From Strigamia acuminata (taxonomy: Eukaryota): 64,000 nt of DNA. The notes under the pieces were generated by a model, which was given only the letters and a program-made list of their open reading frames with translations, was not told where the DNA came from and did no database searches. Of this stretch, positions 1 through 10,937 are shown piece by piece. The stretch lies in the NCBI GenBank assembly GCA_949358305.1, contig OX442314.1, positions 9,858,001 to 9,922,000 on the forward strand. Reading direction: 5' to 3'. Every line of letters begins with the position of its first letter. The stretch's first letter is position 1. The translations under genes were made by a program, and so were the position numbers.

Positions 1-890
1 AGCCGGACCCGCAGCCGTGTCGTCCTCCGATCGGAAGAAGGGACCCGAAGGATGGTGCGAAACCATTGAAGAAAAAATGGATTTGGATGAAGGGCCAAAA
101 ACAGAACAGCCCATGTCACGAAGAGAACTGGCCGAAGTGCTCACCAACGCCTTTCGTGGATTCTCCGCGAACCGGCCAACGCCCTCTACGGACCAAACCG
201 CGCTCGCGCCATCCGCACCGACCTTCCATCCGGTCCAACCCAGCTGGCCGCCTCTCCTCGAGGCCCCACCACCAGCCATAACTAGATGGACGCCCCCTGG
301 AAACATGCGACCAGGCGAGGCGTTCCTAGAATACGTCCCGCATCGACCACCAGGACTGGCTCCCCCGCCAGTGCCTCCGCCGACTCAGGCACCGAGGCCG
401 GCTCGTGACGCCATGTGGTACGAAGAGAAAGAGCGGGATGCCCGAAATCGACGAGAGGCAGCGAATCCCACCTTGGGAGAACTACAGGCCCACCAGGCTG
501 AATGTGAGCACCCCGCTACCGCCGAACGGGCCTTGACGCAGGCTGACGCCGCTCAGACGGAGCACATCAATTGGGCGATAGCCCAAATGCGCAAATTATC
601 CGCTACTTTTTCAGCAGATCCAAACCGCGCCCTGCCAATCAGCCGGAGCAGCTTAAATGCCGAGGTAACACGCGTGATGTCCGAAATCCTGTCTCCCGCC
701 CTCTTCCTGGACGGCCGACAGTCGATGGCCGCCTGGACCATAATCGACAGAGAGGGCGTCTTTCTAAACAGGGCCCTCTACCAACTTTGGGCCGAGTTTA
801 CGCCAGCCGCGGCCGACCTCCGATTCGAGTTGGCCCGCTCCATGGAAAACCCGAATTTCCAGTTCGCGAAGATGCGTTCGATGGCATTCC

Positions 891-1170
891 TGTTGGCTTT
901 TGTTCTCCGAGATTTGTGATATGCAATTGATTATTGATGTTACACATGTTTGATTTGTAATTATTTATGATTTTATAGTTTATTATCATGTAAACATTGA
1001 TGTATCAATTGGGTTACCGTAGTTGGAGTTGTTTTTTAACTGCTTAGCAACTGTTGTTATTACTTGTTCTCTTGTTGTTGATTTTTCTCCATGCTTGCAT
1101 GAGATGATTAAATCTTGTTCTTTTACTCACTTTTGGCCTGGAATTTGTTCATCAATCCATACTTTCAACA
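891..1170 (+). repeat. 5' LTR of copia element (280 bp)
   Basis: TGTTGG...TTCAACA; no differences seen by eye versus 7034-7313. Confidence 0.97.
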
Positions 1171-1184
1171 TGGTAGCAGAGGAT
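1171..1184 (+). promoter_or_regulatory. Primer-binding site complementary to the 3' end of initiator tRNA-Met
   Basis: TGGTAGCAGAGGAT immediately after the 5' LTR. Confidence 0.9.
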
Positions 1185-2484
1185 TAGAGTTCATTCCATC
1201 ACTGTGAGTTGTTCATGTTGAATTTTGGCCAAGTTTTTGTCAAAATTCCATGAATTTTCGTTCATCTTATCCTGCTGATCGATTACTCGCTCCTGGCAAA
1301 ATGGCCGACCTCGTTTCTTCATGCCTGCTCACCCGACGATTTTGATGCTTTTTCTGCAATTTGCAACGGATTTGAACGCTGCAAATTTTCGTGGGTACTG
1401 TCCTGAGCTTGTAGAAGGATCGTGGGTACTTTTCCTGATGGATTTTTGTGAATTTTCGCCGATGATCGCCGCAGATTCGCCCGATCGCGATGCACCAAAT
1501 TCCGAGTGATTTTCGCCGACGATTTTCGCGTATTTCATCGAGTTTTTGACTGTGCCATCCAGTATCTGCTTGTGTTTAGCAGTGTACGTGTTATACACAC
1601 GATTGTGAGTACTTTTCATCATGTTTTCCACGTTTTTCGGGCCGATTTTCGTTGTTTTTGCGCCATATACCCGTGCGCTTCACGAGGATCTTCTCGCCGA
1701 ATTTTAACGTGCTTTTCATCGAATTTAGTGCTTTTTCGTCGATACTGTGTTGTGCCAGGGATTACTGGATTATTCCACTTGTTTCTACAAGTGTTGTGAG
1801 TACTTTGGGATTTGTTTCAAATTTTTTTTGTGTCCGTTACGTCGATTACGAACACGAGAGCAGCAGACGCATTTTGTGACTGTTTTTTCAAGATTTTCGT
1901 CGATTTTCGAAGATCTTTGAAGATTTTAAACATTGAATTGAATTCTCATGTACTTTTTCGTGTTTATTTTTGCAGATTTCGTCAGGTTACGTCGATTTTT
2001 GCGTGGATTTCCGTGTGAAATCAGACACGAAGTGGCAGAAGTTTGCCAACCAATTTGCAGAGATTTTCAAGAAGTTTTGATCGAGTTTTCCAAGAGATTC
2101 TACCAGATTCTCCTCATTTTTTTTCATGAAACTTTGTTAAATATTAAGTTTCGTGAAACTTTGTATAAGATTAAGGTTTTTGGTAGGGACCTGGTGTAGG
2201 ATCCTGGATTTGTATTTGTTAGTGGATTTAATTGCCCTAACAGATACAAATCTTTGCCTCGGTCATTGCACTTTGACCGTTGTATTAATTTGCCGTGCCC
2301 GACAGTGGAGTATCCGGGGGCCATAGGGCCATTATTTCCCGACAACTCCTAAACGGCCACTGTTTAGTTGGGTTGGCTAGCAACCTGAATAGTCCAATTC
2401 TGGTTTTCCGCCTCGAACAACGATACCGCGCGTTCTCCTGTCACCTCGACCAAACTTTTCGCAGAACCGCTCACTTATATCGTC

Positions 2485-5400
2485 ATGGCGGATTCCGGCA
2501 AATCTCACCAATTTTCAATTCCACGACTGAACTCTGATAACTACGAATCTTGGTCCCGAAATATCCAATTTTTGCTCTTGGAAAAAGGAGTAGATGATTT
2601 CATCTCAGAGAATCCTCCGGTCAGAGACGAAGCCTGGGATCAGCCTCGAAAACAGCTTCACGACGACCGTTCAAAGCGTGCAAAAGCCTTGCTTGGCTTG
2701 TTTGTCGAGTCCCAATATCAGGACATTGTTCTTGCTGCGGACTCCGCACGTGACGCCTGGGTAGCCTTGAAAGCGACATTTCAGCCGACTTCTCTTGCCC
2801 GAATTGCTAAACTCCGCCGAGATTTCCTGATGATGCGTTTACTTCCGAATGAAGACATGTCAGTTTTCATTAGCCGTGTCACCAAAGCCCGTGCCGTTTT
2901 GAAGGACTTGGAAGTTACATTTTCGGATTCGGATGTCGCTTATCAACTTTTGGATTTGTTACCGGATTCATACGAGGCGACCGTGCAAACGATTTACCAT
3001 TGGTCCAAAGCGGATTTCACATTAAAGGGAGTCTCCGACCATCTTCTCTCCGAATTTAATCGTTTGAAGATGAAGAATGCAGATTCGGGGTCATCGACTA
3101 GTTTACAGTCAGCGAGTTCGTCTTCGAGTGCACCGACGAGAGTTTTCAAGCCCTTGTCACAAATTCAGTGCTTTAATTGCAAGGAAATGGGACACTATGC
3201 GAACAAGTGCCCCAAACCTCGAGTCCAGGGCGTTGCCTCTTCCAACTCGTCTACCAATCGTGGTCGCCGATCTTCGTCTCGGAACCGCAAAAGTGGACGC
3301 GGTAATGCAACACCACCTGCCCCGAGTGCTCAAAGTGTTTCAAGTGCAAGGTCCGGTTTAGGTTTCTTTGCACGGTCAGAATCCAACGTCGCATCGACTT
3401 CGTCTTTGGAATGGCTAATTGATTCGGGTTCATCTGATCACGTGTGTTGCCGTCGTGATTCTTTTTCGACGTACAAGCCCGTTTCGAATTATTTCATCAT
3501 TTTGGGTGAAGGCCGTTCACGAGTTGATGGTATAGGTGACGTGGTTTTGCGGATTGGTCGTGGTGGCGCGAAAGGAGAATTTCCCGTCACAATGCATAAT
3601 GTTCTTCATGCCCCCGCTTTTTCGCGTAATTTAGTCAGTTTGTCAAAAATTGATCGCGCCGGACTACATTTTGTGGCTTCAAATGGTTTAATGACCATTT
3701 TTGATCCGTCCGACAAAGCCAAACAATTTCTTTTGCATGCCAAACTGAAGGATGATTTATATTCCCTTCAGCATGTCTTGCCCGCAGATCCTACATCTGC
3801 GCCGCTTCCTGCGCTTACGGCCACCTCAGTGGTCAAGCCGGTCCTCTCTGCGCAGACTATAAAGCCTGCTCGGCATGTCACTTTTGCCGAGGGACCTGCT
3901 TTATCCCCTCCTTGTAAGCCCCCGAAGGGGAAGTTATCCGATTTAGAGCTTTGGCACCGGAGATTTGGGCATTTTAATACCGAAGGTTTACACTTTTTAG
4001 CGAAATCTCCGAATGCTTCCGGAATCGATATTTCGACTTCCGCATTTCCGGCATGTGCCGTGTGTGCTCGTTCTAAATCCACCCGAGCCTCGTTTCCGAG
4101 TGCAAAGAATAGAATTTCCAGTAAGAAGCCTTTGGATTTAATCCATATGGACGTTTGGGGAAATTCCCCAACTACTTCCGTGGGTGGCGCTCGTTATTTA
4201 TTAACGATCGTGGATGACTTTTCTCGCTATTCCTTTGTTGTCCCTATGAAAACGAAGGGGGAAGTTTTTGAAGTTTTTAAACTTTTCCATGCTCGGATGG
4301 AAACATTATGGGGGGCTGGCTGCATTAAAGCAGTCAGAACCGATAACGGGATGGAATTTTGCTCTAAAAATTTCGAAAATTTCTTGCTCCAGCGTGGCAT
4401 CAAGGCACAGCGCACGAATGTTTATACACCTGAGCAGAATGGCGTTGCGGAACGCCTTAACCGCACCTTATTTGAAGGCGTGCGTTCCTTGTTTTTGATG
4501 ACGTCTTTGCCTCGAGAATTGTGGGCTGAGCTCGCGGTTTCAATGATTTATCTCAAGAATCGCTTTCCACATAAATCTCTGAACAACCTTATCCCCTATT
4601 GTCTGTGGTACAATAAGGCTGTTCCACTCAAGCACTTAAAAGTGATTGGGTCAAGGTGTTTCGTGCACATACCACAACAGGTCCGTGGTTCAAAATTCGA
4701 GTCTCGAGCCTGGACGGGTGTAGTTGTTGGCTATGCTTTGCGCACGCGAGGTTATCGCGTGTGGTGCCCGAAGCGCCGTGCAGTGTTTGAGTCAAAGCAT
4801 GTTCGTTTTGATGAAAACTGCATGTGGGGACATCCTCGTTTTTATGAGGGTACTGAGGTAACTGATGAGGGAGCTATATCGGTGACATTAGATTCGGATT
4901 TCGATTCCGATCCACCTCTTCCTCCACCTCCTCCTCAACGTCCCCCCAATCTTCCTCCGCTTTCTTATCCTCCTCCACCTTCTTATCCTCCTCCTCCACC
5001 GCCTGTGGTTACTCGACCTTCGGCGCAAGCGCATCCGTTGCCTACACCACCTACTATTGCCTCGCCACTAAATCAGCCTCAGCCTTCTACTTCGGCTGTG
5101 GGGGGCAAGTGGACTCGCTCCGAGGTGATTCGGCAGTCTGGTGCGACTATGGGAAACACTGATGTGTATTTTTATCCCCCGGATCATACCAGATTACGGA
5201 GTCATGTTGACGTTGCGCAATATTGCGCAGATCATCGATTAGCATATGACCGGGATAATTTTGACTTTTGCACCCGGAACGTGCCTGTTTGCACGGTTGA
5301 TCCCCTTCCGGCAGATCCAACTGCTTTTCCTCTTCCTAGTCCTACGGCTTCAGAAGATGAAGCATTAGGGGATTGCTATTCTGCTACACCACGGTACGCG

Positions 5401-6966
5401 CACTCCTTATTTGCCCAGGTTCCTCGCACCTATAAGGAAGCTATTGCAAGTCCCGACCGTGTCCATTGGCAGAAAGCCATGGAGGAAGAGCTTTCACTCT
5501 TCCGTGAGCGAGGTGTTTACGAAGAGGTTGAGAAACCTCCTTCTAATGTGAACATTGTGGGGAATAAATGGGTTTACTACATCAAGCGCGATGCAGAAGG
5601 CGTCGTGCGCCGTTTTAGAGCGATGTTGGTTGCCCAGGGCTTTAGCCAAAAGTTCGGAGTCGACTATTCCGAGGTTTTCAGTCCCGTGGTTAACTATGTG
5701 CTTATACGCCTGTTTTTCGTGCTTCTAGTAGTCGTTTTAGGCTGGCTAGATGCACATCTCGATGTCAAGGGTGCTTATTTATATGGCAACTTAGATGAAG
5801 CTATCTTCATGAGAATTCCTAAGGGCTGGGAAACTCCTCAGAATGCCGGTAAGGTATGGAGGCTTCATAAGGCCCTTTATGGCCTTCATCAGAGCGGACG
5901 GCAATGGAATTTCCGCCTAGTTGAGGCTTTGCTAGGGATTAATTTCCACAAGCTTCTTGGGATTAATGGCGTATTTATTTCCAACACTTATGATGCTGTC
6001 ATCCTTGTTTATGTTGATGACATGGTACTTTTCACCAAAGGACAAGATCCGCGTGATCGAACTGTTAAGGCCCTTCGTGCAATTTTCACGATAACAGATT
6101 TGGGTCCGGTATCGAAGTTGTTGGGCGTCCAATTTGATCGCGATGGTGGTAAAATCTGCATCCATCAGCGCGATTACATTGATAAGATTGCTGAAGACTA
6201 CGGAATTTCCTCCGAGCATTTGTGCAAAGTCCCGATTACCGTTGGCACGATGGTCAATTGTGCTAGAGATGGTGAACGTGTTTTGAGGGATGATGAATTC
6301 CCATATCGGTCTCTCATTGGGTCTCTGCTCTTTCTAGCTTCTCGAACGCGTCCCGATATCCTCTTTCCAGTTATCCTTATGTCACAATATAACACGTGCT
6401 TTACTGGAAGGCACGTGGCCCTTTTGCTACAGATCCTCCAGTATGTGAAGAATACGCGGGAATATTCAATTCAGCTTTCCGCGGTCACTGGAGATATTCT
6501 ATCAGGGCACTCCGATGCTTCTTGGATCTCAGATCGAGATACAAGAAAGAGCTTCGGAGGTTATACGATTTCGGTGTTCGGGGTTCCCATTTCCTGGGGT
6601 TGCTGTAAGCAACGCTATTGCGCCTTGTCCATTATGGAAGCGGAATTCCTAGCGCTTTTGGACGGTGCAAAGGAAATTGTCTGGCTTCATGGTGCGATTG
6701 AGCGGACCCGGATTTTTCAACTTCCGGCCCCAACCATGTTCTCTGATTCTCTGTCGACGATTTTTTTCACCCGCAACGATATAGAGAATCGGAGGACAAA
6801 GCACATTGACGTGAAATTCTTTTTCCTGCGGGATTGGCTAAATGAGGGTGTTTTTGTTTTGAGGAAAGTTTCAGGTGAATTAAACCCTGCGGACATCTTC
6901 ACAAAATTTTTCTCGCCCGCCCGCATTCGATATTTATGTCAACATTTTTACAGTAGTTTGCGATAG
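2485..6966 (+). CDS. Copia Gag-Pol polyprotein (1493 aa) with inserted methyl-CpG-binding domain
   Basis: Zn knuckle CFNCKEMGHYANKC; protease WLIDSGSSDH; LWHRRFGH...CAVC; integrase IHMDVWG/RTDNGMEF/NGVAERLNRTL; Pro-rich linker plus MBD; RT YVDDM; RNase H SDASW...KHIDVK...NPADIFTK. Confidence 0.97.
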   Translation: MADSGKSHQFSIPRLNSDNYESWSRNIQFLLLEKGVDDFISENPPVRDEAWDQPRKQLHDDRSKRAKALLGLFVESQYQDIVLAADSARDAWVALKATFQPTSLARIAKLRRDFLMMRLLPNEDMSVFISRVTKARAVLKDLEVTFSDSDVAYQLLDLLPDSYEATVQTIYHWSKADFTLKGVSDHLLSEFNRLKMKNADSGSSTSLQSASSSSSAPTRVFKPLSQIQCFNCKEMGHYANKCPKPRVQGVASSNSSTNRGRRSSSRNRKSGRGNATPPAPSAQSVSSARSGLGFFARSESNVASTSSLEWLIDSGSSDHVCCRRDSFSTYKPVSNYFIILGEGRSRVDGIGDVVLRIGRGGAKGEFPVTMHNVLHAPAFSRNLVSLSKIDRAGLHFVASNGLMTIFDPSDKAKQFLLHAKLKDDLYSLQHVLPADPTSAPLPALTATSVVKPVLSAQTIKPARHVTFAEGPALSPPCKPPKGKLSDLELWHRRFGHFNTEGLHFLAKSPNASGIDISTSAFPACAVCARSKSTRASFPSAKNRISSKKPLDLIHMDVWGNSPTTSVGGARYLLTIVDDFSRYSFVVPMKTKGEVFEVFKLFHARMETLWGAGCIKAVRTDNGMEFCSKNFENFLLQRGIKAQRTNVYTPEQNGVAERLNRTLFEGVRSLFLMTSLPRELWAELAVSMIYLKNRFPHKSLNNLIPYCLWYNKAVPLKHLKVIGSRCFVHIPQQVRGSKFESRAWTGVVVGYALRTRGYRVWCPKRRAVFESKHVRFDENCMWGHPRFYEGTEVTDEGAISVTLDSDFDSDPPLPPPPPQRPPNLPPLSYPPPPSYPPPPPPVVTRPSAQAHPLPTPPTIASPLNQPQPSTSAVGGKWTRSEVIRQSGATMGNTDVYFYPPDHTRLRSHVDVAQYCADHRLAYDRDNFDFCTRNVPVCTVDPLPADPTAFPLPSPTASEDEALGDCYSATPRYAHSLFAQVPRTYKEAIASPDRVHWQKAMEEELSLFRERGVYEEVEKPPSNVNIVGNKWVYYIKRDAEGVVRRFRAMLVAQGFSQKFGVDYSEVFSPVVNYVLIRLFFVLLVVVLGWLDAHLDVKGAYLYGNLDEAIFMRIPKGWETPQNAGKVWRLHKALYGLHQSGRQWNFRLVEALLGINFHKLLGINGVFISNTYDAVILVYVDDMVLFTKGQDPRDRTVKALRAIFTITDLGPVSKLLGVQFDRDGGKICIHQRDYIDKIAEDYGISSEHLCKVPITVGTMVNCARDGERVLRDDEFPYRSLIGSLLFLASRTRPDILFPVILMSQYNTCFTGRHVALLLQILQYVKNTREYSIQLSAVTGDILSGHSDASWISDRDTRKSFGGYTISVFGVPISWGCCKQRYCALSIMEAEFLALLDGAKEIVWLHGAIERTRIFQLPAPTMFSDSLSTIFFTRNDIENRRTKHIDVKFFFLRDWLNEGVFVLRKVSGELNPADIFTKFFSPARIRYLCQHFYSSLR
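5101..5277 (+). other. Methyl-CpG-binding domain (MBD) within copia polyprotein
   Basis: GGKWTRSEVIRQSGATMGNTDVYFYPPDHTRLRSHVDVAQY...NFDF aligns by eye with the MBD2/MeCP2 consensus (GW-R-SG-DVYY-P-RS-Y-FDF). Confidence 0.9.
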
Positions 6967-7017
6967 GTTTTCGCATTTACTTTTGTTATATCTTGTTATA
7001 TGATTGAGTCATGTCTC

Positions 7018-7030
7018 GGAGAATGGGGGG
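7018..7030 (+). promoter_or_regulatory. Polypurine tract of copia element
   Basis: GGAGAATGGGGGG three bases upstream of the 3' LTR. Confidence 0.85.
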
Positions 7031-7033
7031 CTC

Positions 7034-7313
7034 TGTTGGCTTTTGTTCTCCGAGATTTGTGATATGCAATTGATTATTGATGTTACACATGTTTGATTTG
7101 TAATTATTTATGATTTTATAGTTTATTATCATGTAAACATTGATGTATCAATTGGGTTACCGTAGTTGGAGTTGTTTTTTAACTGCTTAGCAACTGTTGT
7201 TATTACTTGTTCTCTTGTTGTTGATTTTTCTCCATGCTTGCATGAGATGATTAAATCTTGTTCTTTTACTCACTTTTGGCCTGGAATTTGTTCATCAATC
7301 CATACTTTCAACA
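7034..7313 (+). repeat. 3' LTR of copia element (280 bp)
   Basis: Direct repeat of 891-1170. Confidence 0.97.
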
Positions 7314-8147
7314 GCATTCCGCTACAAAAGCCCAGGGGTCCACCCGACGATGCTACGAAAAGTCGCCGAAGAGGCGCCCGCTAAAGAGGGGGCCGTCCGC
7401 CCCATCGTGGTGGCCGAGACGGTTCCTCCCGAGCCTGCCGCCCGGAGTTATATCCCGACTCCAAAGCCGGTATTCCCGAAGGAACGGAGGACGAGTAAGC
7501 GACCGAAGCTGGTCCCGAAGCGATCGCGCAAGGGGCCTCGAACTCCACCGCTGCCATCGCCCTCGCCGCCTTCTACGAGCATGGACGCCCTGTCCATAGA
7601 GGAGAACACTCCACCACTGGAGATTCCACTACCGCCGTCTCCCCCGCCACTGCCTACACCGGCACCTGCGCCGACCCAGCTCTATCTACGACTAGAAGTA
7701 GAATATCCGAATTTACAAATGTCGGAGACAACGCGCCGAGCGTTATTGGCCACTCACCGCCAAGGTGAATCGTTCCTGCAATGGATGGCGAAGGAAATCA
7801 GGTTGACCAACGACCCGATCCTCCATCAACGACTCCAGCGGGCTCACCGAGAGCCCCTCACACCGCCGGAATCGCATCGAATGCGTCGATGTCCCGACCG
7901 CTTCCCCGCTTCGACCCAAATCTGGGTACATGAAAGAAGAAGCAGCACAGACGGACCTCCCGGCCACGCTCAATTCTTCATTAACGAAGCGGAGAATCCG
8001 ACGAATCTGACCACGTCGCTGCCCGATGGCCTTCCTCCGCCACCGCCAGCCGTTAATCTCCCAATCCTACGTCCCCGCGGAGGGAAGTTGCCCGCTATTG
8101 CGCTGAGGGACCAGATAGGGTGATCGTGTCGATCGATGATCGAAGCT

Positions 8148-8907
8148 GGGGGAGGGACGTGTGGTGACCCCGCGGGTGGTCGTCCCTCCAGTGGACGCCA
8201 TCCGCATGAGTCACTAGGAAAGGTCAGTTCCCTCGCGTTGGCTCCGCCTTCCCCCCCTGGGAAGCGCGTGCCCCGAGGGGGTGAGGTGATGCGTGGACGG
8301 CCCCCATTGGCCGAGCCAGGCCCCTCACCCTGGCCTATATCAGGTAGAGTTTCGCGCCCTAAAAACAGAACTTACACAAACGACACCAAGAACACAGCAA
8401 CTACCTCACCGTCAGGCCAACTCCACCAAAAGTTAGGATTGATCGAGGACCGCTGATTCCAGTGCAACTGTAACTCTCACGAATTTACACTGTGTGTTAT
8501 TTCCCCGCGAAAGCAGGAAAATAACCCTTGTGGATTCACACGAAATAATCGACCCACGATTATTTCCATTGCGAAGTGTCCGAGTGCCCTGTAAGAAACT
8601 CCCCGTTTCTGGACGGAGCCTTGCGACGCTAAAAACCAACCCTAGACAACAGGCACGGATAGAAGACTCGAAAGAGCATTCCACCGCGTCCGTGAACGAC
8701 GAATCCGTGACGAATTAACGACAACTCGAGACGCCGCCTTTGTTCCGCCGACCACGCGGAACCGACGACGCCATCTTGGGAAATCCTTTGTTCGACTCTG
8801 ACCAAGTCGACTCTAGTTTTATACTGAGTGTATTTCAAGGCTTACGCCTACTGAATAAACCTATTTGTTCATTTCAATATACTTAGTATTCATTTGGGTA
8901 ATTTACA
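8148..8907 (+). mobile_element. Probable PPT (8148-8157) and 3' LTR (~8160-8907) of the LTR retrotransposon into which the copia inserted
   Basis: GGGGGAGGGA then TGTGGTGACCC...GGGTAATTTACA (TG..CA, imperfect terminal inverted repeat), AATAAA at ~8854, composition drops to AT-rich afterwards. Partner LTR is not in the window. Confidence 0.65.
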
Positions 8908-10937
8908 TATTTAGTAGAATCACAGGTAAAGTAATACACGTTAGCTCATTAAACCTATCACCAGGTAGGACGCGACAAGGTTAGTTCAGGTTAGTATAGG
9001 TTAGTATAGGTTAGTTCAGGTTAAATTAGGTTAGTGTCCGTTAGGTTAGGTTGAAAAACAGCATTGCTATAACGGGTGTCACTAAAGAAAACTATATCCA
9101 CATTCAAGAAAAAAAAAAGAAGGAAACACCCTACCCACCACCGTTGAATGTGCAACCTCCACCAACAATTGGACACAAATGTACGATGTACGACGTATGC
9201 CTACTGCTGTCAGTACAGCCTGCATCAGAGCGCCAGGCAAAAAGGTAGAACCATCAGGATTTCTCTCCATAAATAAACACTTAACCACCATGTCGATAAT
9301 TTTATCTAGTAATTGCCCTAGACAGCAAACAAGCTGCAACATTTCAACGTTGCAGAGCATAAAAGACCAATGCAGTTGGACATGAAACTGAATTGGCAAG
9401 GAAAAGTAAAAATGAAGCAATTCATGAGAAGCCTGTTTTAGTAGTGTGCATACTGATGTCAAGTTGTTAGCAATAATGACAACAGAATCAAAATCCAAAG
9501 CCTATATTGGGCTTAGTAATTTTCCTCAGAAATTAATTATTTAGACGATAGTGAAAGATTTTTCAAAAGTATGTTGAAAGCAACGAAAGCTATTAATTCA
9601 GGAAAAGGTGCAATGTCAAATGAAATCTTCCAGTATGTACAAAATCTTATAAATCAATCTTCTGAGAAGAACTTAAAACTGAAAAAACTTGTGCAACTAA
9701 CGAAAGGGAGAAAACTTTGTAGCCAAAATAGCTGGAATGATGGAGGAAACTCGGAAAACTTTTGAATTCAAAAGAGAAATTAAAAACTGTTAGCTAAGTT
9801 CAAGTCAGGGTTAAAAGGAGCAACATGATCCATTTAGACCCATTTACGGATGCAGTAGAATGAAATAAAGTTGAATAAAATCCCAAGATGGATTAAGAAA
9901 AGCTCAATTCTGCATGATGTTTATCAAACAGGTGAATATGGATCAATCAGAGGAGACAGTGCTGGACTGGCCCGGTGGCCCGTGGGGCTTGATTCTTCAA
10001 CAGACCAAGACACCATTTCAGGATTTCGAAATTTGCAGAATCATAGTTTTATAAATGCATGTTGGCTGATGACAGTGTACTCGGGCCATGCAAAGGCATG
10101 GCCGTCATGGAACACTTCTTTGTGGGCCTACTTGGCCTGAGACAAGAAGTGACTGTATGATTTCAAAGAGTCGACTAGTTTTTTATTGTAATGCAAGAAA
10201 GGCAGGTTGCCGAGGAGAAGCTCCTAGGCAACCTTACAATGGTTGGTTACAGTATTATTGCCGAGTCATATATATATTCATATGTAACAAATAGCCAAGT
10301 GAGAGATTTTTTTTTTAATAAATAAATTTCAATATTAATTATTTTTAGTTCATCGACGTAACAGCAGAAGCCCTGCAAGCCCAAGGTAAACGACTGGCAA
10401 ACCAGCAACCAGCAATCAGACCAGCGGTCAAATCAGCAATCAGACCAGCGGTCAAATCAGCAATCAGACCAGCGGTCAAATCAGCAATCACACCAACAGC
10501 TTACCCACTAAAAAGTCGAAATTAATGAATAAAAATAGATCAAATCCTTTAATGACTCGCCAAACGTATTTCATATTAATCTCAAATGCTACAGTGCATC
10601 AGCTCAATCAGCCCATCTGACAGGAGACCACATGTTCTTGGGTTCTGAGCTTTTTTTTTCTTTGTTTTGTGCTAGGTTTTGATTTAAGGCCCTATTTTCT
10701 CCGTGGGATATATATATCAAGGCAAAGTTGCTTTAATTTAATAGCTGCATGAATTGGATCATAAATGAAGGCCATACATTAATGTAAAGGTCAAATTCGA
10801 CTTGGGATAAACAAGAGGTTAATCTCCTCCTCCAAATTCTCTCCTCTCCTCCCTGACAACTGCTCAAATTAATCAGTTGCAACGCAAAATCAGTGGAGTA
10901 AACGCTGGTTTTCTAAACCTTCTCGAAGAAGACATAA

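Larger units (their letters stand above)
891..7313 (+). mobile_element. Full-length Ty1/copia LTR retrotransposon carrying an MBD (CopiaMBD-type)
   Basis: Two TG...CA LTRs, PBS, PPT, single gag-PR-IN-RT-RH ORF in copia order; flanking direct repeat GCATTCC at 884-890 and 7314-7320. Confidence 0.97.
2..8123 (+). pseudogene. Pro-rich ORF of unknown function (>=563 codons, open at window start) interrupted by the copia insertion; segments 2-890 and 7321-8123
   Basis: Removing 891-7320 (element plus one TSD copy) joins ...KMRSMAF to RYKSPGVHPTMLRKVAEE... in frame, fusing ORF 17..919 with ORF 7350..8123. GC/CpG-rich; ends just upstream of a PPT and LTR-like sequence. Confidence 0.85.

Noticed and set aside
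891..919. C-terminus LLAFVLRDL* of ORF 17..919
   Set aside because: Read-through into the copia LTR; the original frame continues at 7321.
7899..7990. Possible second MBD-like motif (FPASTQIWVHERRSSTDGPPGHAQFFI) in the extra ORF
   Set aside because: Lacks DVY, RS and FDF hallmarks; resemblance too weak.
8975..9050. True telomere or interstitial telomeric array
   Set aside because: Short, degenerate, and part of a TIR-bounded element also seen at 17471-17687.
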